From the NCBI GenBank assembly GCA_963752285.1, contig CAVVXN010000003.1, forward strand, positions 32,001-96,000: 64,000 nt of DNA, given 5' to 3'. The position numbers and the translations under genes were made by a program. The notes under the pieces were generated by a model. The model worked only from the letters and a program-made list of their open reading frames with translations, was not told where the DNA came from and did not search any database. Positions 27,080 through 37,294 of this stretch are shown here, piece by piece. This DNA is from an uncultured Planctomycetota bacterium (GTDB taxonomy: Bacteria > Planctomycetota > PLA2 > JAEUHO01). Every line of letters starts with the position of its first letter. Position 1 is the first letter of the stretch.

Positions 27080-28288
27080 GCAGGATCTCCTCGTGCCACC
27101 GGTGGATCCGCGCGGCGGCCGCGAGCGCCCGGTGGGGGTGCGCGCGGCCGTGGGGGATCTCGGCCCGGAGGTCCCCGACGCCCGCCTCGATCATCCGCGA
27201 GGACGCGACGTGGTCGAGCCAGCGCTCGAGGTCCGGCCCCACGAGGCCCGGCGGCGCGCCGAGCGCCCGCGCGGTCCGCCGCAGAACCCCGTCCAGGTAG
27301 CGCTCCACCGCGGCCCCCGACAGGCGCTCCTGTCCGAGGAGCGCGGCCGCGCGGTCCACCAGGAACGCCGTCCCCGGGGCGAGACCGGGCTCGACCCGCC
27401 GGGGCGACCCGAAGCGCCCTGTCGCCGCCCAGAGGAGCACGCCGAGGACCAGCACGAGGTGCAGGAGGACGAGGACCATCGGGAATCGGCCGAGCTCGTG
27501 CCAGAGCGAGGGCGACTCCACGTAGCCGTGGAGGGTCTCGTCCACCACCACCGTGTCGAAGCCGTCGCGCGCGCTCTCGAGTGCGGCCAGCACGAACCGC
27601 AGGTTGTCGCCCCGGTAGAGACCGGCGTTCGACAGGAGGTCCGGGTCGGACAGGACGAGGAGCCCCGGCCGCTCGTTCGAGCGCGCGAGCACGCTGCCGT
27701 CGGCGGTCCAGACGAGGGGTTCGAGATCGTGGCCCTCGACGGTCTGGACGATCGCGCCGGGTGCGAAGGTGGGAACGACGTCCAGGTGTCCCTCGGCGCC
27801 GCCCGTTCGACCCGGCGGCGCCCGGCGTACCTGCGCCTGGATGCCCACCGACGCGAGCACGGCCTCGACCTCGCTCGTGGACTTCGTCTCGACGCGGGAG
27901 ACCCACCCGCGGTGCCGCGGGTCCTCCCGGACGTCCCACTTCGGGAGCACGAGCAAGGCGAACCCCGCGCGGTCCACCTCGTCCTCGAGGCGGACCTCCC
28001 GGCTCTCCGCTCCGGTCGTGTCACGGGGCGCCAGCAGGAGGAGGACCCCCGCGCGCGCGGCCTTCCGGGCGGAGGCGTTCCGACTCACGAGGACCGGGAC
28101 GTCGAGCGCTTCGAGCGCCTTGACGAGCCCGTCGAACCCGACGGCCGAGCGCGAGTAGCTGTCGGCGCCCGCCGAGCGCGGCGTGGCGATCGCGGGCCCG
28201 AAGACCGCGAGGACGACGCCCACGGTGAACGAGCCGACGGCGAGCCCGACCACCCACGCGAGCGTGCGACCGTGGAAGGCTCCGTCGT

Positions 28289-28933
28289 TCACGCGGGCCC
28301 TCCCGCCGTCGCGGCGCGAAGACGACGCCACGACTCGACGCACGCGGCGAAGCCCGCGGCGTCGGCGGGTCGTCCTCCGAACAACGAGGCCTCCGTCGCG
28401 TCCACGAGTCGTTCGAGGGCCGCGCGCGCCTCGGGATCGAGCTCCACCGTCGCCGCGATCTCGCGGCTCGTCCACGCGGTCGGGATGCGGCGGTCCCGCG
28501 GGAGGGCGGCCAGCGTGCGAAGGAGCAGCGCGTGGATCGCCTCGGCGAAACGGCCGTCGGCCGCGAGGGCCTCGGCGTCGTCCTTCGCGACCCGGACGGC
28601 GTCCGGGGTCGACACGGGCGTCGGCGCCGGGCCGACGGCCCTCTCCGGCCGGCCCACGCGGTAGCGCTCGGTCGCCCACACCAGCAACACGATCGCGCCG
28701 ACCGCGATGGCGACCCATACGAGCGCGCGGATGACGTCCTCGACGGCGTCGCCCCGCGCCGGCTCGGGGGGAGGGACCGGCGCCTCGTTCGCCGGGACCT
28801 CGTCCGGACCCCCGCCCGGCCATTCGCGCTGGAGGTCGCCCCCGTCGTACGCGTGCGCGAGCGCGCCGCGCGCGGTGTCGGGGCTCGGCAGCGCCAGCGC
28901 GAGTCCCACGAGGAGGAGGACGGCCTTCGACAC
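28289..28933 (-). CDS. DUF4129-like protein
   Basis: Signal and TM, AEALAADGRFAEAIHAL, WTSREI, LFGGR. Confidence 0.78.
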   Translation of the reverse strand: MSKAVLLLVGLALALPSPDTARGALAHAYDGGDLQREWPGGGPDEVPANEAPVPPPEPARGDAVEDVIRALVWVAIAVGAIVLLVWATERYRVGRPERAVGPAPTPVSTPDAVRVAKDDAEALAADGRFAEAIHALLLRTLAALPRDRRIPTAWTSREIAATVELDPEARAALERLVDATEASLFGGRPADAAGFAACVESWRRLRAATAGGPA

Positions 28934-28998
28934 GCGGGGATTCTACGCCGCGCGTCCGGTACGATCCCGGGGCGCGTCGCGGTCGGCTGGAGGTCCCG

Positions 28999-29901
28999 AT
29001 GGGTGAGATCCGCGCGGAGAGGACGATCCTCTTCGCCGACGTCGTGGACAGCACCGGGCTGTACGAGGACCTCGGAACCGAGGAAACGCGGCGCGTGCTC
29101 CTCGAGTGCCTCGGTCTGATGGAGGAGACGGTCGGGGCCTTCGGCGGTCGCGTGCTCGACCGCATCGGGGACGAGATCTTTTGCTCGTTCGACGACCCGG
29201 ATGTCGCCGCGGTCGCCGCGAGCCACCTCCAGGAGCGGATGGTCGCGGGCCTCGCGGAGGGTCGGTTCCCCCGTGCGATACGGATCCGGGTCGGCCTGTG
29301 CCACGGTCCCGTGCTCGAGACGCCGGAGGGCCATTTCGGCGGCACGATCCACACGGCCGCGCGCCTGGTCGCGCTCGCCAAGGCGGGGCAGACGCTCACG
29401 ACGAAGGAGACGCTCGACCGCTTGAGCCCCGCGCACCGGAAGATGCAGCGGTTCTTCGACCGCGTGGTGTTGAAGGGACAGAGCGGCGAGCAGGACGTCC
29501 ACGAGCTCCTGTGGAACTCGTCCGACACCGTCGTCCCCGAGCGGGGGAGGAAGTCGGGCGCGGCGCGTCCGGGTGTGCGCGCGGTCGTGCTCGTGTACGG
29601 CGACCGCGAGGTGCGCGTGGACCTCTCCTACCCTCGACTCGACATCGGTCGCGACGCCGCGTGCGGACTCGAGGTGGAGGGTGCGGCCGTGTCGCGACTC
29701 CACGCCCGCGTCTCGTGGAACCGGGGACGCGTCCGCGTGGACGACGTGAGCTCGAACGGCACGGCCGTGGAGCCCGAGGGGGAGACGCCCGTGACGCTCC
29801 ACCGCGAGGGGACCGCGCTCCACGGCCACGGCTGGCTCCGCCTCGGCTGCCAGGGTCCGGCAGAGGACGCGGCCCGCGTGGAGTACCGGGTGGAGGCGTG
29901 A
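28999..29901 (+). CDS. Class III nucleotidyl cyclase with C-terminal FHA domain
   Basis: ILFADVVDST, IGDEIF, IRVGLCHG, TAARL; FHA motifs IGR, VSRLHA, SSNGT. Confidence 0.88.
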   Translation: MGEIRAERTILFADVVDSTGLYEDLGTEETRRVLLECLGLMEETVGAFGGRVLDRIGDEIFCSFDDPDVAAVAASHLQERMVAGLAEGRFPRAIRIRVGLCHGPVLETPEGHFGGTIHTAARLVALAKAGQTLTTKETLDRLSPAHRKMQRFFDRVVLKGQSGEQDVHELLWNSSDTVVPERGRKSGAARPGVRAVVLVYGDREVRVDLSYPRLDIGRDAACGLEVEGAAVSRLHARVSWNRGRVRVDDVSSNGTAVEPEGETPVTLHREGTALHGHGWLRLGCQGPAEDAARVEYRVEA

Positions 29902-30036
29902 GCGTCCGGTCGCTCGGGCGGGGGCGCGTGGCGGTCGCTCGCGCTTCTCGCGCGGTCCCCGGCGCGGCCCTCCCTCGTTCCTCGATCGCGTGCCCGGTCT
30001 CGTGCTCTGAGGCGGCGCGCTCGTGGCGGGAATGGT

Positions 30037-30066
30037 GACGGCCCGGGGTTTTTCCCCCGGGCCGTC
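30037..30066. terminator. Hairpin downstream of tRNA, probable terminator
   Basis: 12-bp stem GACGGCCCGGGG / CCCCGGGCCGTC. Confidence 0.6.
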
Positions 30067-30067
30067 G

Positions 30068-30143
<76 letters not shown>

Positions 30144-30156
30144 GTGCGGGGGCCCG

Positions 30157-30184
30157 ATCCTACGGAGGCGCCCGGGCGGGTCAA
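30157..30184 (-). promoter_or_regulatory. Putative sigma70 promoter of tRNA-Gly
   Basis: Minus strand TTGACC-N16-TAGGAT. Confidence 0.6.
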
Positions 30185-30255
30185 GGGGAGGAGCCCGGGG
30201 CCCGGCCCCGCGCCGGTCCGTCGCGGTCGCCGGACCGTCGCCGGGCTGGCGAGGG

Positions 30256-32409
30256 TCACGAGCCGAGGCGGGCCTCGAGCCGGCTCTTCATCTCCGCCCG
30301 GAGCATCTCACCGTCGGGGTACCCGCCGGCGATTCCGAGGTCCAGGTCCGCGTCCCAGAAGGCGCTCCCGAGCTTCTCGGCGAAGGCGTACTCCATCAGC
30401 CGGAACCAGCTCTCGGCGCCCGCGTCGTGGAACGCCCGGGTGGCGAGGTCGGCCACGGACTCGCTGCCCAGGTCGGCCCACGCGTAGTCCTTCGAGAGTG
30501 CGCCGTCCTCCACCTTCACCCCCTGCTCGGTCGCCTTCGAGATGGGCACGTACTTGCCTTCGATCTCGACGGTGCGCTCGTTCGCGGGGATCGCGTTCAG
30601 CTTGGCCGACAGGTCGATCTGGAACTTCACGAGGTGGTCCGCGATCGTGCGCCAGAACGCCAGCTCGGGGGAGAGCGTCCCGCCGCGCCGTTCCTGGAGG
30701 GGAGGCGGGACGAGCTGGGCGGCCTTCAGGAAGAGCTGCTGCTTCAGGGCCTCCTCGAACTTCGGGCGGGCGTCGTCCCAGGCCGCGCGCGCCGCGGCGA
30801 CCTCCTCTTCGGTCGCGAAGTGTTGGTCGGGGTGGGCCGGCATCTGACCGCTGGAGATCTGCACGACCCGGTGGTTCGCCTCCTCGCCCGCCTTCGTGCC
30901 GGAGAACTGGCTGGCGACGGCCCGGTACCGCCCGACCACCGCCGCGTCGTCGTCGGGACCCTTCCAGTGTTCGCGCGCCCAGCTCTCCGCCTTGGCCAGC
31001 GCGACCGAGGCGTCGGCCTCGCGCTTCACCGCGGGGTCCTCGGCCGGCGCCGCCGGAGGCGTCGGATGCTCCGTCGGCGCGGTCGGCGGGGTGACCATGG
31101 GCGTCGGGTTCGCGGACGTGGAGGGGGAGACGGGCGGCACGACGGGCGTGGGGAGGACGAGCGGCACGCCCTCCCCGGGCCCGGTGCCGCGCGACGCCAG
31201 GCCGCCATCCGTCCCGCTCGTCTCGGGTGCGGTCTTCTTCGTCGAGAGGAACACCAGCAGGGCCACCGCCACCAGGACCGCCAGCGCGGCGAGCGGACCC
31301 ACCGCGGACCGGTTCCGGCCCGCGGCGATGTGCGCCCGCATGCGCGAGCGGCGGCGCCGGAGCGTCGTCTTCTCGCGGAGGCTCTCGCCGCCGAACTTGT
31401 CGAGCGCGTCGAGAACCTCGACGGCCGACGGTCGCTCGTCCGGCACGCGGCGCGTCATCTGGCGCAGCAAGTCGCCGATCTCGCGCGGGATGCCCGGTCG
31501 GTGGCGCTCGGGTCGCAGCGGCTCTCCGCGGACGTGCGACCGCATGATCGACGGCACGTCCTGTCCCAGGTACGGCGGCTTCCCGACGAGCATGTGGTAG
31601 AGCGTCACGCCGAGGCTGTACACGTCGCTCTTCAGGACCGCGGCGCCCGACTCGCACGTCTCGGGCGCCATGAAGTGGGGCGTGCCCACGCGACGGAGGT
31701 CGCCGCCGGCCTCGCCGGCGAGACCGAAGTCCACGAGCTTGACGGTGCCGTCCTCGAGGAGGACGAGGTTCTGGGGCTTCACGTCGCGGTGGAGGATCTC
31801 GTTCGCATGGGCCGCGGCGAGGCCGTTCGCGGCCTGTCGCGTCACGCGGAGCGCGTCCATGACGTCGAGGCGGCCCTCGCGCTGGATCAGGTCGAGGACG
31901 GGGTCGCCGTCGAGGAGCTCCATGACGATGAAGTGGAGGTCGCCCTCGCGTCCGACGTCGTAGATCTTGAGGACGTTCTCGTTGTCGATGCGGGCGATCG
32001 CGCGCGCCTCGGTCTCGAAGCTCTTGACGATCTCCTCCTTCTGCGCGGCCCAGGGGAGGAGGATCTTCACCGCCACGGTCGCGTCGAGGGCTTCGTGGTG
32101 CGCCCGGTACACGGTGGCCGTGCGCCCTTGTCCGATGCGCTCCTGGAGGCGGCACCGTCCGAGCACACGACCGACCAGCGGGTCGTCCTGGGGCGGGGGC
32201 GGCGCCGCCGGGCGATTCGCCGGGGCGGGGCCCGCCTGCGGGGCGACGGGCTTCGCGGGGATCGCGGGCGCTCTCCCCGCGGTCGGCCGCGCGGGCGCCG
32301 GGACCGTCTTCGGCGGGGTCGGCGCGGCCGGCGCCGGCCGCGCGGGCTTCGGGGGCGCGGGGGGGACGATCTTCTTGTGGGAGCGGTGGCCGGGGCGTCG
32401 GGAGCGCAT
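30256..32409 (-). CDS. Membrane-anchored Hanks-type Ser/Thr protein kinase
   Basis: IGQGRTATVY, VAVKIL, HRDVKPQN, KLVDFG, GTPHFMAPE, SDVYSLG; TM helix, Pro-rich linker, extracytoplasmic domain. Confidence 0.92.
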   Translation of the reverse strand: MRSRRPGHRSHKKIVPPAPPKPARPAPAAPTPPKTVPAPARPTAGRAPAIPAKPVAPQAGPAPANRPAAPPPPQDDPLVGRVLGRCRLQERIGQGRTATVYRAHHEALDATVAVKILLPWAAQKEEIVKSFETEARAIARIDNENVLKIYDVGREGDLHFIVMELLDGDPVLDLIQREGRLDVMDALRVTRQAANGLAAAHANEILHRDVKPQNLVLLEDGTVKLVDFGLAGEAGGDLRRVGTPHFMAPETCESGAAVLKSDVYSLGVTLYHMLVGKPPYLGQDVPSIMRSHVRGEPLRPERHRPGIPREIGDLLRQMTRRVPDERPSAVEVLDALDKFGGESLREKTTLRRRRSRMRAHIAAGRNRSAVGPLAALAVLVAVALLVFLSTKKTAPETSGTDGGLASRGTGPGEGVPLVLPTPVVPPVSPSTSANPTPMVTPPTAPTEHPTPPAAPAEDPAVKREADASVALAKAESWAREHWKGPDDDAAVVGRYRAVASQFSGTKAGEEANHRVVQISSGQMPAHPDQHFATEEEVAAARAAWDDARPKFEEALKQQLFLKAAQLVPPPLQERRGGTLSPELAFWRTIADHLVKFQIDLSAKLNAIPANERTVEIEGKYVPISKATEQGVKVEDGALSKDYAWADLGSESVADLATRAFHDAGAESWFRLMEYAFAEKLGSAFWDADLDLGIAGGYPDGEMLRAEMKSRLEARLGS

Positions 32410-32474
32410 GCGGGGATTGTAGAGGACCGCGGGCCATCGCCCCGGCGGCCCCCCGCCCCCGCGCAGCCGCCGGT

Positions 32475-34493
32475 TCACCCCAGCTCGAGCTGCCTCCGTG
32501 CGTCCACGACGTCGCGGTCGAGGCGGCGCCGGGCCTCTTCCAGGCGGGGGACGGCCGGATGGGCCGGGTCCAGGGCGTGCGCGGTCTGGCGGAGGACCTG
32601 GATGGTCATGCGCAGGATGCGCACGAGGTCGCCCGGCGCCAGCGAAGTCAGCGCGAGGACGCGTTCGAAGTCCGCCCCCTCGGCCCACGCCTGCACGGGG
32701 CCGGCGATGTCGAAGTCCGGCGGGCGGACGGGCGGATCGATGCCGCGCAGGACCTCGTCGGCCTGGAAGGCCTCCATGTGCAGGCGGAACGGCGCGGCGA
32801 CGCCCTTGAGCGACCGGGTCGCCGGCGCCGACGCGTCCTGGGGGCGCGGATCGTAGATGATCGCCGCGAAGAGCATGGCCATCTCGACCGGGCCGCACCG
32901 CTCGATCCACCCGCCCTCGGCGGCCTCCGTCACGCTCACCTCGTACCCGTTCACGCGGGCGCAGAGGCGACCCTTCGCCGTGAGCCTCCCCTCGGCCACG
33001 TACCCCCGCGCCTCGAGCAGGTCGAGGCGCGCGCGGATCGAGGCCTCCCCGCGGCGTCGCGCGGCGCTCGACCGGCGGCGCTGCCAGTGCGCGAACGAGC
33101 GCTCCCACGCCTCGGCGACGCCCTCGCCGATACGCCGATACAGGTTGAGGATCCCGCTGTAGCCGAGGTTGAATCGGCTCGTCACAGGCTCCACGCGGCC
33201 GGACTGGTACCGCTCCAGCTCGGGCGGTCCGATCCGGGTCTCGTCGAGGATCGCGTACACGAACCCGCGCTCGTCGAGCCCCTGGCGGCCCGCGCGCCCG
33301 GCCATCTGCCAGTATTCCCGCGCCAGGATCGGGCCGAACGAGACGCCGTCGAACTTCGACAGGTCGTGGAACACGACGGTCCGCGCGGGCATGTTCACGC
33401 CGAGCGAGAAGGTCTCGGTGGCGAAGAGGAGCTTCACGAGCCCCGTCGTGAAGAGACGCTCGACGATCTCCTTGTCGATCGGGAGCATGCCCGCGTGGTG
33501 GTGCAGCACGCCGCGCGACGCGAGGCTGCGGATCGCGATCGTGTCGTACGCGTCGCGCACCTCGTAGCGGTCGGCCAGCTCGTCGAAGAGCGCGAGCATG
33601 CGGCGGCGCTCCTCCGGCGAGAGGAGGTCGCGCGCCGCGCTCCTCCGCGCGAGCCGCTCGCACTCGAGGCGGCTGAAGCAGAAGTAGATGGCCGGGAGGA
33701 GCGCGCGGCGCTCCAGGTGGTCGATCAGCTTCTCGCTCGCGGCCTCGGCCACCTCCGCCCGGGCGCGTCGGCCGCGGGGGCGCCCCCGGCGCCGGCCGCG
33801 GTCCTCCTCGCGCGCGAAGCGGCCCCGTTCGACGAAGTGGCGCCGGACCTCGGCGAGCGAGCGCGGTCCGAGGCCCGGGATCCACGTCTTGTGCGCCAGC
33901 GGGACCGGGCGCTCGTCCTCTTCGATGACGTCCACCGGGACGCCGCGCACGTCGGCGACCCACGCGGCGAAGTCGCGCACGTTCGGCACCGTCGCGGAGA
34001 GCGCGACGACCCGGATGTGCCGCGGCGCGTAGATCAGCGACTCCTCCCACACCGTGCCGCGTTCGCGGTCGTCGAGGTAGTGGACCTCGTCGAACACGAC
34101 GAAGTCGAAGCCGGACAGCCTCTCGGGCGCCTCGAAGATCGTGTTCCGGAAGATCTCGGTCGTCATGACGAGGAGCGGCGCCTCCGGCTGGAGCGTCACG
34201 TCGCCCGTCATGATCCCCACGCGCTCGTCGCCGTAGGAGGCGCGGAAGTCGCGGAACTTCTGGTTCGACAGCGCCTTGATCGGGCTCGTGTAGACGACGC
34301 GTCGGTTCGCGGCGAGGGCGCGCTCGACGGCGTAGTCGGCCACGAGCGTCTTGCCGGCGCCCGTCGGCGCGGCCACGACGACGCTCCGTCCGGAGAAGAT
34401 GGCGGCGATCGCCTCTCGTTGGAACGGGAAGAGGGTGAGGCCCCGGAACGTGCTCGGCCCGACGTCCGGCCCTTCCGACGAGGGATCCGACAT
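32475..34493 (-). CDS. Ski2/HelY-like DExH-box RNA helicase
   Basis: APTGAGKT, PIKALSNQK, DEVHY, LSAT, HHAGMLP, ATETFSLGVNMPA, QMAGRAGR. Confidence 0.93.
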   Translation of the reverse strand: MSDPSSEGPDVGPSTFRGLTLFPFQREAIAAIFSGRSVVVAAPTGAGKTLVADYAVERALAANRRVVYTSPIKALSNQKFRDFRASYGDERVGIMTGDVTLQPEAPLLVMTTEIFRNTIFEAPERLSGFDFVVFDEVHYLDDRERGTVWEESLIYAPRHIRVVALSATVPNVRDFAAWVADVRGVPVDVIEEDERPVPLAHKTWIPGLGPRSLAEVRRHFVERGRFAREEDRGRRRGRPRGRRARAEVAEAASEKLIDHLERRALLPAIYFCFSRLECERLARRSAARDLLSPEERRRMLALFDELADRYEVRDAYDTIAIRSLASRGVLHHHAGMLPIDKEIVERLFTTGLVKLLFATETFSLGVNMPARTVVFHDLSKFDGVSFGPILAREYWQMAGRAGRQGLDERGFVYAILDETRIGPPELERYQSGRVEPVTSRFNLGYSGILNLYRRIGEGVAEAWERSFAHWQRRRSSAARRRGEASIRARLDLLEARGYVAEGRLTAKGRLCARVNGYEVSVTEAAEGGWIERCGPVEMAMLFAAIIYDPRPQDASAPATRSLKGVAAPFRLHMEAFQADEVLRGIDPPVRPPDFDIAGPVQAWAEGADFERVLALTSLAPGDLVRILRMTIQVLRQTAHALDPAHPAVPRLEEARRRLDRDVVDARRQLELG

Positions 34494-34549
34494 GGGGTGA
34501 GCATACGGGACGCCGACCGCGAGGGGGGCCGGGGTAGGATGCGCCCGCG

Positions 34550-34873
34550 ATGACGCGCCCCTCCCTCTCGTTCGCCGTGCTGCCGGCGCTGCTCCTGTCG
34601 GCGTGCGCCGCGAACCCGGTCGCGCGCCGTCTGACGTACGCCGAGGTCCAGGCGATCAACCCCGGCGTCCGGGCCCAATGGCTCGAGGACGAGTACCCCT
34701 TCGGCCGCGTGCTCGCGCGGTGGCCGGACGGGACCCCGCGCCAGACGTCCTACCTCGTGACCGACCCCGCGGGGCACGGTCAGACGCTGACCCTCGACTT
34801 CGACCCGTCCGGGACCCTGGTCGCGCGCCGGTACTCCGGACCCGTGCTCCGGCCTCCGCCGGACCAGAAGTAG
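34550..34873 (+). CDS. Small lipoprotein
   Basis: Lipobox LSAC. Confidence 0.7.
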   Translation: MTRPSLSFAVLPALLLSACAANPVARRLTYAEVQAINPGVRAQWLEDEYPFGRVLARWPDGTPRQTSYLVTDPAGHGQTLTLDFDPSGTLVARRYSGPVLRPPPDQK

Positions 34874-34880
34874 GTCTCCC

Positions 34881-35480
34881 GTGGCGGGGCGCGGCGGGGG
34901 GCGTCACGGCGGGGCCGAGGGCGGCGGGCGCGCGGGCCCCTTCGCGAGCGGTCTCGCCCTCCTCCTCCTGAGGCTCTTCGCGGGCGCCCTCTTCTTCTAC
35001 AGCGCGTGGTGGAAGCTGGTCCAGCCGGGCTTCTCGCTCGGGGAGATCGTGGACACGTTCCGGAGCGAGTACGTGCAGACCGTCCAGGCGGCCATCGCGA
35101 ACCCCCCGGCGCTGCTCGGACTCCGGCTCGACCTGTTCGCGTCGTTCCTCCGCGACGTCATGCTGCCCGCGGCGCCCGTCGCGGCGCCGGCCCTGCTCTT
35201 CTTCGAGGCGTTCCTCGGCGTGAGCCTGCTCCTCGGCTTCGGCGTCCGGCTCTTCGCCGCCCTCGGCGTCGTGATGATGCTCGGCTACTCGCTCGCGAAG
35301 CCGTACGCGATGCCGGACGGCGGCGTCACACCCGGCGTTCCGCTCCTCTCCGTCAAGAGCGCGAACTGGCCGCTCACGTTCCTCCTCCTGGCCCTCGCGC
35401 TCCTCGCCGCGGGGCGCGTCGTGGGTCTGGACGCTCGCTGGCGGCGCGACGCCCCGCCCTGGCTCCGGTGGATCGGGTAG
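34881..35480 (+). CDS. DoxX-like membrane protein
   Basis: LLRLFAGALFFYSAWWKL, EAFLGVSLLLGFGVR, AGRVVGLD. Confidence 0.75.
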   Translation: MAGRGGGRHGGAEGGGRAGPFASGLALLLLRLFAGALFFYSAWWKLVQPGFSLGEIVDTFRSEYVQTVQAAIANPPALLGLRLDLFASFLRDVMLPAAPVAAPALLFFEAFLGVSLLLGFGVRLFAALGVVMMLGYSLAKPYAMPDGGVTPGVPLLSVKSANWPLTFLLLALALLAAGRVVGLDARWRRDAPPWLRWIG

Positions 35481-35489
35481 CCTTCCCGC

Positions 35490-36296
35490 ATGTCCCGCCT
35501 CGAGATCGAAGACGTCTCCTTCGCGTACGGGAAGCGCGTGGTGCTCGACCAGGTACGCCTCCGGGTGGACGCCGGCGAGGTCGTCGCCCTCGTGGGGCCG
35601 AACGGCGCGGGGAAGACGACGCTCCTGCGCGTGGCGTCGGGCTGGCTCCGCCCCGGACACGGGCGCGTCCTCGTGGACGGCGCGTCGGTCCACGGCCTCG
35701 GGCGCGCCGAGGCGGCCCGGAAGGTCGCGGGGCTCGCCGTGGACGACGACGCGGGGTTCCCGTTCACCGTCCGGGACACGGTCGCCCTCGGCCGCCACCC
35801 GTGGCGGGGGGCGTTCGGCCGACTCGCGCCGGCCGAGGCGCGTCGCGTCGAGGACGCGCTCGAGGCCACCGGCCTCGTGGCGCTCGCCGACCGGCCGCTG
35901 CCCCGACTCTCGAGCGGCGAGCGCCGCCGCGCGGCCCTCGCGCGGTGCCTCGCGCAGGACGGACGCGTCGTCCTCCTCGACGAGCCCACCTCGCACCTCG
36001 ACCTCGGGTTCCGGCAGCGTCTCCTGGGCGTGCTCCGGGCCCGCGCGCGCGCCGGGGGACAGGCGGTGCTCGCCGCGCTGCACGACCTGAACGTGGCCGC
36101 CCTCTTCGCCGATCGGATCGTGCTGCTCGTCGGGGGGCGGGTGCGGGCCGACGGCGCGCCGCGGGACGTCCTCCGCGCGGACGTGCTCGAGGCCGCGTTC
36201 GACGCGCGGGTCCGTGTGCTCGAACATCCGACGACCGGCGTTCCCGTGGTCGTCGCGGAACCGGCGGGCCCGGCCCCGCCGCGAGGAGGCGCGTGA
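35490..36296 (+). CDS. ABC transporter ATP-binding protein (FecE/BtuD/HmuV type)
   Basis: GPNGAGKT, LSSGERRR, LLDEPTSHLD, LHDLN. Confidence 0.92.
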   Translation: MSRLEIEDVSFAYGKRVVLDQVRLRVDAGEVVALVGPNGAGKTTLLRVASGWLRPGHGRVLVDGASVHGLGRAEAARKVAGLAVDDDAGFPFTVRDTVALGRHPWRGAFGRLAPAEARRVEDALEATGLVALADRPLPRLSSGERRRAALARCLAQDGRVVLLDEPTSHLDLGFRQRLLGVLRARARAGGQAVLAALHDLNVAALFADRIVLLVGGRVRADGAPRDVLRADVLEAAFDARVRVLEHPTTGVPVVVAEPAGPAPPRGGA

Positions 36297-37294
36297 TGCG
36301 ACGACCCACTCGGCTCGTGGCGATCGCACTCGCCGCGACGCTCGTCTCGACCGCCGGCTGCGGAGACGACGCGCCCGCTCCGCCGTCCTGCGTCGGTCGG
36401 CTCGAGCCGCGGACCACGCCCGAGGACGGCGCGTGGGTCCGCGCGGTCCTGAGGGAGGGGAAGCAGACGAAGGTCGTCGAAGCGGGCCGCAAGGGCAAGA
36501 CCTGGGTCGTCCCGGCCGACCCGCGGCGCGTGGTGAGCACGCTGCCTGGGATCACCGAGATCGTCGGCTACCTGGAGGCCTTGGACCGCCTCGTCGCGGT
36601 CTCGCCCTGGTGCGACACGCCTCCGTCCGTGGACCTGCTCCCTCGCGTCTCCGTGCAGCCCATCGCGTGGGAGCAGCTGACCGAGCTCCAGCCGGACCTC
36701 GTGCTGGTGGACCCCACGCTCCTCGCGGCCGACATGGAAGAGCTCCAGCGCCGCGTGCCCGCCGTGCTGCCGGTCGAGAGCACCTCGCTCGAGCACCTCC
36801 GGACGAGCATCCGCATGCTCGGCGACGTGTTCGGGACGCCCCGCGCGCGCGAGCAGGCGCTCCGGTTCTCGCGGCGCCTCGACGACGCGTTGAACCAGGC
36901 GCAACGGCCCGAGGGCGTCCCGCCGCCGCGCGTGCTCGTGCTCGCGCAGACCGACCCGCCCTTCGCGCTCGGGCCCGGGTCGCTCCTCGACGACATGCTC
37001 CGCGCGACGGGGGCCCTCGACCTCGCGTGCGACATGGGGCGCGCCTCCGGGCCGTTTGCCCCGGAGCTGGTGCGGACCCGGCGCCCGGACTGGATCCTCA
37101 CCACCCACGAGCGTCTCGGCGACGCGTGGACGAACCGCTGGGCCGACGTCCCGGCGGTCCAAAACGAGCACGCCGTGCTCGCGGACGCGAACGACCTCGT
37201 GCGCGCGGGCCCGCGCACCCCCGACGCGCTCGTCCGGCTCGCGGACGTGCTGTACGGGCGCGCCTCGCCGGACGTCCTCTCGGAGGGCCCTTGA
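36296..37294 (+). CDS. Helical-backbone substrate-binding lipoprotein (BtuF-like)
   Basis: Lipobox TAGC; PRRVVSTLPGITEI, LVAVSPWCDTP, LQPDLV, RAGPR. Confidence 0.85.
   Translation: MRRPTRLVAIALAATLVSTAGCGDDAPAPPSCVGRLEPRTTPEDGAWVRAVLREGKQTKVVEAGRKGKTWVVPADPRRVVSTLPGITEIVGYLEALDRLVAVSPWCDTPPSVDLLPRVSVQPIAWEQLTELQPDLVLVDPTLLAADMEELQRRVPAVLPVESTSLEHLRTSIRMLGDVFGTPRAREQALRFSRRLDDALNQAQRPEGVPPPRVLVLAQTDPPFALGPGSLLDDMLRATGALDLACDMGRASGPFAPELVRTRRPDWILTTHERLGDAWTNRWADVPAVQNEHAVLADANDLVRAGPRTPDALVRLADVLYGRASPDVLSEGP

Noticed and set aside
34494..35490. Cobalamin riboswitch ahead of the ABC transporter
   Set aside because: Intergenic gaps are too short and no B12-box was recognised.
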